From Verrucomicrobiia bacterium (GTDB lineage: Bacteria > Patescibacteriota > Saccharimonadia > Saccharimonadales > JAGQNK01): DNA of 64,000 bases. Below are positions 51,992 to 59,626 of this stretch, one piece after another. How positions within the stretch are numbered: the first letter of the stretch is position 1; each line of letters opens with the position of its first letter. Position numbers and translations under genes: made by a program. The stretch is from NCBI GenBank assembly GCA_035489575.1, contig DATHJY010000013.1:91346-155345 (forward strand), written 5' to 3'. The notes beneath the pieces were generated by a model that was given only the letters and a program-made list of their open reading frames with translations, searched no databases and was not told where the DNA came from.

Positions 51992-52672
51992 ATGAGGATT
52001 TTAGTAGTCGAGGATGAGCACAAGATTGCCAACGCCGTCAAGCAAGGTCTAGAGCAACAATCATACGCGGTAGACGTAGCCTACGACAGCGACAAAGGCC
52101 TGGGATTGGCCACCACCGAACCGTATGATCTGATCATTCTAGACCGCATGCTGCCGGGCCGCCTGGACGGCATCGGTATTTTGAAGTCGCTACGGGAACA
52201 GCACATCCATACCCCGGTGCTACTGCTAACCGCCAAAGACAGGGTGCTAGATCGGGCTGCCGGGCTGAATGCCGGGGCCGATGACTATCTGGTAAAACCA
52301 TTTGCTTTTGTAGAGTTAATTGCCAGAGTGCGTGCCTTGCTGCGACGCCCACAGCAAACAAATAACCCCGTCCTGACCTACGAAGACCTTACGCTAAATC
52401 CAGAAAGTATGACCGTAGAACGCCAGGGGAAGCCAATAGATCTGACCACCAAGGAGTTCGCGCTCCTGGAATACCTCATGCGCAACAGTGGGCGCATCCT
52501 GACCAAGGACACCATAATGCAGCACGTCTGGAACTACGACGCCGATATCTTGCCCAACACAGTAGAGGTGTATATTGGCTACCTTCGTACTAAAATAGAT
52601 AAGCCTTATGGCGAACCCCGTCTTATCCATACAAAGAGAGGGTTCGGTTATACATTCGGAATTAAGAACTAA
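51992..52672 (+). CDS. OmpR-family response regulator
   Basis: Receiver domain: MRILVVEDE...DLIILDRMLPG..DG...LLLTAKD. Winged-helix domain: LTTKEFALLEYLMRN...VEVYIGYLRTKID. TACAAT lies 7 nt upstream of the ATG. Confidence 0.85.
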   Translation: MRILVVEDEHKIANAVKQGLEQQSYAVDVAYDSDKGLGLATTEPYDLIILDRMLPGRLDGIGILKSLREQHIHTPVLLLTAKDRVLDRAAGLNAGADDYLVKPFAFVELIARVRALLRRPQQTNNPVLTYEDLTLNPESMTVERQGKPIDLTTKEFALLEYLMRNSGRILTKDTIMQHVWNYDADILPNTVEVYIGYLRTKIDKPYGEPRLIHTKRGFGYTFGIKN

Positions 52673-53682
52673 TGTTTCGTAAAACCTACACTAAATTAGC
52701 CGCACTCTACCTGGTGATCCTCATGAGCATCAGCCTGTTTTTTAGTGCCATCATTTTTCAGAGTGCTGTCCACGAGTTCAACAGAGACTACGAACGCCAG
52801 GGAGTGGTCATTCGCCGCTTGCCAGATTTTCGACTAACCGAACCGGCGTTGGACCAATTCTTCGACCAACGGCGGCAGCAGTATACCGAGGCGAAAACCC
52901 ACATCTTGAATCGTCTGGTGCTGATTAACCTCATTATTTTAGTGGGCGGCGGCATACTGTGCTATTACCTGGCACGCCGCACGCTGCAGCCTATAGAAGA
53001 AGCTCATGATGCCCTAGAGCGCTTTACGGCCGATGCCAGCCACGAACTGCGTACGCCCTTGGCCGTCATGCAAACCGAGAACGAAGTGGCCCTGATGAAC
53101 CCCAAACTGACACTAGACGCCGCCAAAGATCAATTGCGCAGCAATCTGGAAGAACTGGCTAAGCTGACCGTTTTGTCAGAGGGCTTGTTACGCCTGGCAC
53201 GCCTAGAGAATAATAGTGATGATTTTGTGGACGTAGAGCTAGAGAAGGTTATAGCCGACTCACTAGCCCGCACGACTACCTTGGCACAGACCAAGCATGT
53301 CCAGATCGAAGCAACCGTTGCACCCCACCTGAAGGTACGCGGCGAACAGGCCAGCCTAACAGAGGCTGTCGTTACCGTGCTGGATAACGCCATCAAATAC
53401 AGTCCCAAGAAGTCAAAGGTCCAGGTCACCGTACGCAAGAGCCAGAAACAAGCGCTTATCCAGATCAAAGACCAGGGCATGGGTATCCGGGCGTCAGACC
53501 TACCACATATTTTTGACCGTTTTTATCGCGCCGATTCGGCCCGCAGTAAACAGGACACCCAGGGGTACGGGCTGGGCCTGGCCATCGCTAAAAATATTGT
53601 CGAAATGCACGGTGGCGCCATTACGGTCAAGAGTAGCCAGGGCAAAGGGTCGACATTTACTTTTCATCTGCCACTTGCATAG
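52672..53682 (+). CDS. Sensor histidine kinase (HisKA + HATPase_c)
   Basis: Two TM helices. H-box: FTADASHELRTPLAV. N/G boxes: LDNAIKYSP, DQGMGI, GYGLGLAIAKNIVEMHGG. The ATG shares one nt with the regulator's TAA (TAATG). Confidence 0.85.
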   Translation: MFRKTYTKLAALYLVILMSISLFFSAIIFQSAVHEFNRDYERQGVVIRRLPDFRLTEPALDQFFDQRRQQYTEAKTHILNRLVLINLIILVGGGILCYYLARRTLQPIEEAHDALERFTADASHELRTPLAVMQTENEVALMNPKLTLDAAKDQLRSNLEELAKLTVLSEGLLRLARLENNSDDFVDVELEKVIADSLARTTTLAQTKHVQIEATVAPHLKVRGEQASLTEAVVTVLDNAIKYSPKKSKVQVTVRKSQKQALIQIKDQGMGIRASDLPHIFDRFYRADSARSKQDTQGYGLGLAIAKNIVEMHGGAITVKSSQGKGSTFTFHLPLA

Positions 53683-53845
53683 AGTCTACCCCAGATCTCC
53701 AATCCCACGCCAAAACCGTCCCTTTCGGCGCCAATCCGCCCTGGTTCGCCAAGCGTACCTACGGGTACGCTTGGCGAACCAGAACGAACTGTCACTCGAA
53801 ATAGGCCAATTTTGGCACCCAAGAGCGAGATCTGGGGTAGACTCT
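53681..53845. repeat. 165-bp nested palindromic element (18-bp terminal inverted repeats + central 19-bp perfect hairpin)
   Basis: Terminal repeats are AGAGTCTACCCCAGATCT (53681-53698) and AGATCTGGGGTAGACTCT (53828-53845). The central hairpin is CTGGTTCGCCAAGCGTACC-tacg-GGTACGCTTGGCGAACCAG (53741-53782). Confidence 0.7.
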
Positions 53846-53877
53846 GAAGCATTCCCATATTATGCTGAGGTAACTCT

Positions 53878-54906
53878 ATGCTAAGTTTTATTGCTTCTTC
53901 GGGTGCCGCAAGCGTGCATCACTATCATGTGCCGTGGTTCATGTATGCCACGGTTGCTACCGTATTGGTCCTGTACGCCATCATAGAAGCCCACCACACC
54001 AAACGAGACCACGTCATCGGCACCAAAGAGGCCACCATCTGGTCTCTTATCTATATTGGCGCAGCATTGGCCTTTGCCATTCCAGTCTTTATGTTCATCA
54101 GCCCCCAAGCAGGCAGTGAATATTTGGCAGCATGGGCAATCGAAAAAGCCCTGTCTTTGGACAACCTGTTTGTTATGAGTCTTATTTTTACCAGTTTTGC
54201 GGTACCGCCCAAACTAGAGCGGCGCATGCTGAACTATGGCATTGCCGGGGCTATTTTCTTCCGATTGGTTTTTATCGTGCTAGGTTTTCAACTGCTAAAG
54301 GCTTTTGCGTGGATTAGCATATTCTTTGGGCTTATCCTGCTGCGGGCTGCCTGGAAAGCTATCAAGGAAGCTCATGGCGACTACGGCGAGGAAAAGGTGG
54401 AGATCACCGAACAGCGACTCTGGAAAACAATCACCAAAATCTTGCCGGTTTACCATGGGTTTGATGGCCACAAGCTGACAACCATCCGCAACGGCAAACG
54501 TATGCTGACGCTCATGGCGGCTATCATCATTCTGATCGAACTGTCAGACGTGGTGTTTGCCGTTGACTCAGTGCCAGCTGTTCTGGCCGTATCGCCAGAT
54601 AGGTTTGTGGCGTACAGCTCTAACGTCTTTGCTATCCTGGGGCTCCGGGCTTTGTTCTTTGTCTATCAGTCCATCTCTGACCGGTTCTGGGCGCTAGAGT
54701 GGGGTCTGGCTGGCATCTTGGCCTGGATATCTTTCAAGATGATCGTAGCCCCCACCAAACTGTTCTTGGGCATAGACTGGATTGGCCTGCACATACCAGT
54801 CGCTATAAGTCTTGGGGTGTTAGCACTCTTATTCGTTGGGTCTATTGCTGTCAGCATGTTCTGGAAGCGATCCATCAAAACTAAGCCACTTCATATCTCT
54901 AAATAA
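53878..54906 (+). CDS. TerC-family integral membrane protein
   Basis: EKALSLDNLFVMSLIF and ...ELSDVVFAVDSVPAVLAV... are the duplicated TerC signature segments. The protein has many TM helices. Confidence 0.8.
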   Translation: MLSFIASSGAASVHHYHVPWFMYATVATVLVLYAIIEAHHTKRDHVIGTKEATIWSLIYIGAALAFAIPVFMFISPQAGSEYLAAWAIEKALSLDNLFVMSLIFTSFAVPPKLERRMLNYGIAGAIFFRLVFIVLGFQLLKAFAWISIFFGLILLRAAWKAIKEAHGDYGEEKVEITEQRLWKTITKILPVYHGFDGHKLTTIRNGKRMLTLMAAIIILIELSDVVFAVDSVPAVLAVSPDRFVAYSSNVFAILGLRALFFVYQSISDRFWALEWGLAGILAWISFKMIVAPTKLFLGIDWIGLHIPVAISLGVLALLFVGSIAVSMFWKRSIKTKPLHISK

Positions 54907-55019
54907 GAAACACATTACACCGGACCTTGCATTTTCACTTTCGTCCTTTTGGACTCATCAGCATGAATGCACATTCATGGAGTGAAATGACAAGCAGAAT
55001 ATAAAAGAAAGTGGCGCGG

Positions 55020-55067
55020 ATGGGGCGACGAAGTATGAAGCCTAAGGCTCCTTCTTCGTCGCCCCAT
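55020..55067. terminator. 14-bp perfect inverted repeat directly 3-prime of the G+C-rich membrane gene
   Basis: ATGGGGCGACGAAG (55020-55033) and CTTCGTCGCCCCAT (55054-55067). Confidence 0.45.
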
Positions 55068-55072
55068 CGCGA

Positions 55073-55423
55073 TCACGCTCCGCCGAGAACCAGCAGACTG
55101 GTGCCGATACCCAGCAACACGGAGCAGGTGGCAGAGAACAGGGCGTACCGTGGAGTGTTGGGAGACGACTTGCCGATCTGGAAGAACGCCAGGACCGCGA
55201 AGAAGTACTCGGACACCCAGAGCAGGACCGCCACCAGAGTGGACGAATCCAGATCGGACTGCCTCCAGAGCACGAAGACCGCAACCGCCTCGACGATGTT
55301 AGCCACGACAGCCCAGAAAGCTCTCGCTGGAGTGAAGGTGTCCTTCCTGCCGATCAGCAACACGGAGCCCAGGAGGCCAAGCACCACAGTGGTGTACAGC
55401 CAGATCAGGGAAAAAGTGTACAT
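55073..55423 (-). CDS. Small polytopic membrane protein (116 aa, G+C-rich)
   Basis: Four hydrophobic helices (LIWLYTTVVLGLLGSVLLI, FWAVVANIVEAVAVFVLW, LVAVLLWVSEYFFAVLAFF, LFSATCSVLLGIGTSLLVLG). Codons are GC3-rich. Confidence 0.5.
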   Translation of the reverse strand: MYTFSLIWLYTTVVLGLLGSVLLIGRKDTFTPARAFWAVVANIVEAVAVFVLWRQSDLDSSTLVAVLLWVSEYFFAVLAFFQIGKSSPNTPRYALFSATCSVLLGIGTSLLVLGGA

Positions 55424-55735
55424 GTCAGAACCTTGTCTTCTCGATCTCGACCACTATCCGCTCGTGGAGGTCGCCTACGCCAAAGGGTAGGTGTGCTTTC
55501 TTTTGCACAAAGATGAGATACAAACCCAGCCTATGCTGGACTCATAACTCACCTTTATGCGTCTGCTTGTCAAAGTACTCATTACATCTGTAACAAGTTA
55601 GTTTATTATAACATAAAAAATACTACTATGCAACCGTTACCGCACACATCTGTCTGGGCTATGAAATATTTTATAGTTGCCAATATATAAGTAGTCATAA
55701 TGGACCGTGCCAACCTAATAAGGAAGGAGGCTATC

Positions 55736-55843
55736 ATGGCAAACGATTCATCACAAGATGACACTGCGATGCAAGACCAACCTCAATTGGATCCCGACGA
55801 GCTAAAAGATTCCCAGCTCGACGAAGACAACGACACCTATTAG
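55736..55843 (+). CDS. Very acidic 35-aa peptide ORF
   Basis: AAGGAAGGAGG lies 5 nt upstream of the ATG. The peptide is MANDSSQDDTAMQDQPQLDPDELKDSQLDEDNDTY. A 12-bp-stem terminator follows. Confidence 0.35.
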   Translation: MANDSSQDDTAMQDQPQLDPDELKDSQLDEDNDTY

Positions 55844-55867
55844 GCAAGTGCTTTAAGATCCCCCTTT

Positions 55868-55900
55868 GATACACCCGGCTTCCCCAAGGCCGGGTGTATC
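55868..55900 (+). terminator. Rho-independent terminator (12-bp perfect stem)
   Basis: GATACACCCGGC-ttccccaag-GCCGGGTGTATC followed by TTGGTTTCT. Confidence 0.55.
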
Positions 55901-56045
55901 TTGGTTTCTGGGGTATGTATTAGTTACTGCAACATATTTTATAGCTAATAATTGTCCGTGATTTCATACTTGGTGTCAGTGGCTTTTAACAAAAGCCCTA
56001 AAAGCACACCAACAATAGCAACAGTAGACGAAGGAGGTATGCACT

Positions 56046-56321
56046 ATGGCAATGAATATTATTTTGTGGATCGCGTTTGGAGCGGTTGTTGGCTGGATAG
56101 CATCCATGGTCATGGGTACTAATGACCAGCAAGGCGGCATAGCCAACATCATTGTTGGTATCCTGGGTGCGTTCATAGGTGGAATGGTAGCCCGCATGTT
56201 TGGTGGACCTGGCGTGACTGGTTTTAATCTTGGCAGTCTGCTGGTGGCTATCTTGGGATCGGTTATCTTACTGTTCTTTGTCAGGCTGTTCACGGGCGGC
56301 CGTCACCACGACGCTGTCTAG
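56046..56321 (+). CDS. GlsB/YeaQ/YmgE-family (transglycosylase-associated) small membrane protein
   Basis: MNIILWIAFGAVVGWIASMVMG...GIANIIVGILGAFIGGMVARMFG...LLVAILGSVILLFFVRLF. Confidence 0.8.
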   Translation: MAMNIILWIAFGAVVGWIASMVMGTNDQQGGIANIIVGILGAFIGGMVARMFGGPGVTGFNLGSLLVAILGSVILLFFVRLFTGGRHHDAV

Positions 56322-56662
56322 AGCCTTTGGTGCAGAGGTTCCGAAAATGGACTTGATCTTTGAGTAAAATATTTCGTAGTGAGAAAGTAGGATACCACGT
56401 AGACTGTCAGTAGCCTTAACGATTGGAGGGAAGTTATGGCAAAGAAGAACAGCAAAGTTCGTAACAATGAAAGCTGGAAATGGTATGAAGAGAGCAATCC
56501 ACACCCATTTCGAACTTAGATGGTGGAACAATACCTCCGACGGCGGGATCATCAACGGGGAAACACCCGTGGTAGAACCCCCGGCCGCACCCTTTGACCT
56601 AGAGCCCGTCGTCCATCGCCTGATACACCCCATGATGTATCACGCCTAAGCAAGGAGTATAG

Positions 56663-56836
56663 ATGAACAAATACGGCCCCAAGGCCCAAAAGACCGTTGA
56701 AAATGCCATGCACAAATTCAAAGAAGGTGATCTGCGCAGTGGCAAAAGTAAGAAGAAAGTAACCAGCCGCAAGCAAGCGGTAGCCATAGGCCTATCCGAA
56801 GCACGAAGCAAGGGACAAAAAGCCCCAAAGAAGTAA
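56663..56836 (+). CDS. Small basic protein (57 aa), DUF6496-like
   Basis: AAGGAG lies 6 nt upstream. The protein is MNKYGPKAQKTVENAMHKFKEGDLRSGKSKKKVTSRKQAVAIGLSEARSKGQKAPKK. Confidence 0.5.
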   Translation: MNKYGPKAQKTVENAMHKFKEGDLRSGKSKKKVTSRKQAVAIGLSEARSKGQKAPKK

Positions 56837-56857
56837 TAGCAATTTGGATCTATCGAT

Positions 56858-56890
56858 CAAAAATAATCTGGATTCACTCCAGATTATTTT
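56858..56890 (+). terminator. Rho-independent terminator
   Basis: AAAATAATCTGGA-ttcac-TCCAGATTATTTTT. Confidence 0.6.
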
Positions 56891-57047
56891 TATCTGCTAT
56901 TTGGGAAGAGCAGCCAACGAAAATGGAGCACATTTTCATTGCGCGATATCGGGGTCCCCACAAAACCCGTTTTGTGGGGTAAGGTGAGAAACCCAAGCCA
57001 GAGGGACCCAAGCTTGCTTGGGGCTGCGCATGGGTGTCTCATTACGG

Positions 57048-58271
57048 TTATTCGTGGCGGAGAGCGTCAATGGGGCGCATGCGAGCTGCCTTGAGGGCGG
57101 GCGTAATGCCAAAGACCATGCCAATGCCAACAGACACCAGGGTGGCAAAGGCCATGATCTGCCAAGTAAGTACTGGTGTCAGGTTGGTAAATATCCGGAG
57201 CAGGTAATTAGTAAACAACGAGAACAGCAGGCCCAGCAGGCCACCCACAAAGCTCAGCAGGGCCGCCTCTGTCAAAAACTGCCCAAGGATCTGACGATTG
57301 GTTGCGCCAATAGCCTTGCGCACGCCGATCTCGCGGGTACGTTCGGTGACTGACACCAACATGATATTCATGATACCAATGCCAGCCACCACCAACGCAA
57401 TGCCCGCGATAGCAGCAATAGCAGCGGTGAGCAGGTCGAGCACTCGTTGCGCCGAAGCCTGGATGTCTTCTTGCCTTAGGACGGTAAAGTCAACCTGACC
57501 AGAATGGGTATTGGCCAACGAAGTCTTGATAGCCTCGGCCGCCAAAGTGGCCTGGCCGGGTGTGTCTGGACGGGCTAACACTTGGTATAGCTGTACCTGG
57601 CCATTGTCTAGTTTTTTGCCAGAGTCGTAGGGAATAAAAATGGCGTTATTGTAGTCGGCGTTAGGGATAAGGGGACTAACCTGGAACTCCTCGAACACTC
57701 CACGCACCACAAACTGGCGACCCCGGACGGTAAATAATTTGCCTATGGGTACGTTCTCTTGAAAGAGCTGCTCGGCCACCCGCTTGCCGATGATTGCTAC
57801 GTCACGATCTGACTCGCTCTTATTAAAGAAAGCACCGTATTCGAGTTTTTTGTTGATTGCTTGGGGCGCTTCTTCCGTAGTGGCAATCACCAGCGCTTCT
57901 GTAAATTCGCGGTCATGATTTTTGGGCACACCGTTGACATAAGCAAAGGGAATGGCGCCCTTGACGCCATTGGCGGCGTCTATAGTGGCGTAGTCGCTCT
58001 CGCTCAGGAAACCAGTATTCAGGCCACCGAATAGTCCGATCAGAGCCCCTGTATCGTTCTGTTTAGAGATCCGACCAGGACGGACCGTGATCAGATCGGC
58101 ACCACCGTTATTGATCTGGCCCACAATCTGCTGTTTGGCGCCTTCGCCCAAACTGACAATGGTTACCACGCTGACTATACCAATAACCACCCCCAACATA
58201 GTCAGCAAACTGCGCCAACGCGAGGAACGTATGGCTTCGCGGGCCATTTTGAGGTTGCTGGGGCCAAACAT
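57048..58271 (-). CDS. ABC transporter permease (MacB/FtsX-type with large extracytoplasmic domain)
   Basis: N-terminal MacB-like region: AIRSSRWRSLLTMLGVVIGIVSVV. C-terminal FtsX region: ERTREIGVRKAIGAT..I..QFL.EA. Confidence 0.8.
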   Translation of the reverse strand: MFGPSNLKMAREAIRSSRWRSLLTMLGVVIGIVSVVTIVSLGEGAKQQIVGQINNGGADLITVRPGRISKQNDTGALIGLFGGLNTGFLSESDYATIDAANGVKGAIPFAYVNGVPKNHDREFTEALVIATTEEAPQAINKKLEYGAFFNKSESDRDVAIIGKRVAEQLFQENVPIGKLFTVRGRQFVVRGVFEEFQVSPLIPNADYNNAIFIPYDSGKKLDNGQVQLYQVLARPDTPGQATLAAEAIKTSLANTHSGQVDFTVLRQEDIQASAQRVLDLLTAAIAAIAGIALVVAGIGIMNIMLVSVTERTREIGVRKAIGATNRQILGQFLTEAALLSFVGGLLGLLFSLFTNYLLRIFTNLTPVLTWQIMAFATLVSVGIGMVFGITPALKAARMRPIDALRHE

Positions 58272-59164
58272 CAGGCTTTTTTGCCTTTTTTGGCGGGAGC
58301 TTTGTATTTGGTACGTTTTGTGGTGGTCTTTTTCTTGGCTTTGGCGGCTGGCTTTTGCTTGCCAGAGCTTAATTTGTCGGGAAGAGTTTTCATGAGGGTA
58401 GATACACCAGCCAGGTCGTCTTCTATGGTTGCACGGGGCAGGAAGTACATGCTGCGCCGTACTGATTCGTGCAGTTCGCCCACGGCCGACTGCTCGTCTT
58501 TGACGATGGCACCGTCGTGCATGAACACCACACGGCTGGCAAAGCGGGTCAGGCCAGGGTTGTGTGTCACCAGCAGAATGGTGTTGCCGGCTTTGTGGAT
58601 GTCGCTCAGTAGCTCCATAACCAGCCGGCTAGAGGCACTGTCTAGGTTGCCAGTTGGCTCGTCCGCAATAATAATGTTGGGATTGTTTATGAGGGCACGG
58701 GCAATAGCCACCCGCTGCGCCTGGCCACCAGATAGTTGGCGGGGCATGAAGTACTCGCGGTCAGCCAGACCAACTCGCTCTAGAATTTCGGCAGCCCTTT
58801 TTTGGCGGCGGGCCTGGGTAGTACCTTTGTAGGCCAGGGGCAATGCCACATTGTCTACAACCGTCAATTTGGGCAGTAGGTTGAACGACTGGAACACAAA
58901 GCCAATGGTGTCACGACGCACCTTGGCCTGGCGGCGAGCACTCAGGCGCTCGGCGGGCTTGCCGTTTAATTTGTAGGTACCATGCGTAGGAGTGTCTAAC
59001 AGTCCGATGAGGTTCATCAGAGTAGATTTGCCTGATCCGCTCGGTCCCATGACCGCCACGAACTCACCGGCGTCAATACTGAGATTGACCTCGTCAAGTG
59101 CAACGGTAGTAGCATCACCGAAGCCGAAAAGCTTGCTGACATCTTGTAATTGGATAACTGGCAC
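58271..59164 (-). CDS. ABC transporter ATP-binding protein (MacB/LolD-type) with a Lys-rich C-terminal tail
   Basis: Walker A GPSGSGKST, Q-loop, signature LSGGQAQRVAIARAL, Walker B IIIADEPT. The extra tail reads ...KQKPAAKAKKKTTTKRTKYKAPAKKGKKA. GTG start. The stop shares one nt with the permease ATG. Confidence 0.85.
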   Translation of the reverse strand: MPVIQLQDVSKLFGFGDATTVALDEVNLSIDAGEFVAVMGPSGSGKSTLMNLIGLLDTPTHGTYKLNGKPAERLSARRQAKVRRDTIGFVFQSFNLLPKLTVVDNVALPLAYKGTTQARRQKRAAEILERVGLADREYFMPRQLSGGQAQRVAIARALINNPNIIIADEPTGNLDSASSRLVMELLSDIHKAGNTILLVTHNPGLTRFASRVVFMHDGAIVKDEQSAVGELHESVRRSMYFLPRATIEDDLAGVSTLMKTLPDKLSSGKQKPAAKAKKKTTTKRTKYKAPAKKGKKA

Positions 59165-59479
59165 TATACATTAGTGTACCCTTTGATGATCCCCATCTTC
59201 AAGGTGTTAGTGATGTAATTTTTAGGATATAATGCCATGAAGCCAAAAATGTCTACAAAGCAGCTCGCTGCTTTGCCCGATTGGCGAGAGGATTCGCCAA
59301 TCGGAAGAGGAACCGGCTTGCTGAGGTAGCTAGATTTGCCGGGCAAACTTGTTTTGCCGGCGAATCAGCTACCTCAGCATTACACGTTGGCAAACGAGCG
59401 ATCAGCGAAGGTTGTATGCAGAACCCAAGAAATCCCAGTCCTTGAAAAAGAAAAGATTTCTTGGCGTGAAGCTATACGA

Positions 59480-59567
59480 GGAGGGGTCGCCTAGTGGCCT
59501 ATGGCGCACGCTTGGAAAGCGTGTTGGGTGCAAGCCCTCGAGGGTTCGAATCCCTCTCCCTCCGCCA
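59480..59567 (+). tRNA. tRNA-Ser (anticodon GGA), long variable arm, CCA encoded
   Basis: Hand fold: acceptor GGAGGGG/TCCCTCC, anticodon stem CACGC/GCGTG with loop TTGGAAA, variable arm TTGGGTGCAAGCCCTC, T-arm GAGGG-TTCGAAT-CCCTC. Confidence 0.9.
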
Positions 59568-59570
59568 AAT

Positions 59571-59600
59571 AAAAAAGCCTGACTTTGTTGGGCTTTTTTA
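59571..59600 (+). terminator. Rho-independent terminator after tRNA-Ser
   Basis: AAAAAAGCC-tgactttgttg-GGCTTTTTT. Confidence 0.6.
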
Positions 59601-59602
59601 TT

Positions 59603-59626
59603 TGGCTAGGCGAAGGGGATTCGAAC
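59603..59626 (-). pseudogene. Orphan tRNA 3-prime-end fragment (T-loop to CCA) in inverted orientation
   Basis: The minus strand reads GTTCGAATCCCCTTCGCCTAGCCA. This is a T-loop TTCGAAT, half-stem CCCCT, 7-nt acceptor strand, discriminator G and CCA. No complementary 5-prime half is present. Confidence 0.4.

Noticed and set aside
53683-53877. yybP-ykoY (Mn2+) riboswitch expected upstream of terC
   Set aside because: The conserved GGGGAGUAG and UUGACAUA/AGACC core elements that I remember are absent. The region is instead a near-perfect nested palindrome.
56437-56649. Possible frameshifted gene joining the 27-aa ORF (56437..56520) to ORF 56467..56649
   Set aside because: The two frames overlap, but neither product matches a family I know and no slippery sequence is evident. 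I cannot tell a pseudogene from chance ORFs. It is only mentioned under the small-ORF cluster.
59349-59582. 77-aa plus-strand ORF running through tRNA-Ser
   Set aside because: It reads through a canonical tRNA and the hairpin cluster. It has no SD and starts with TTG. It is spurious.
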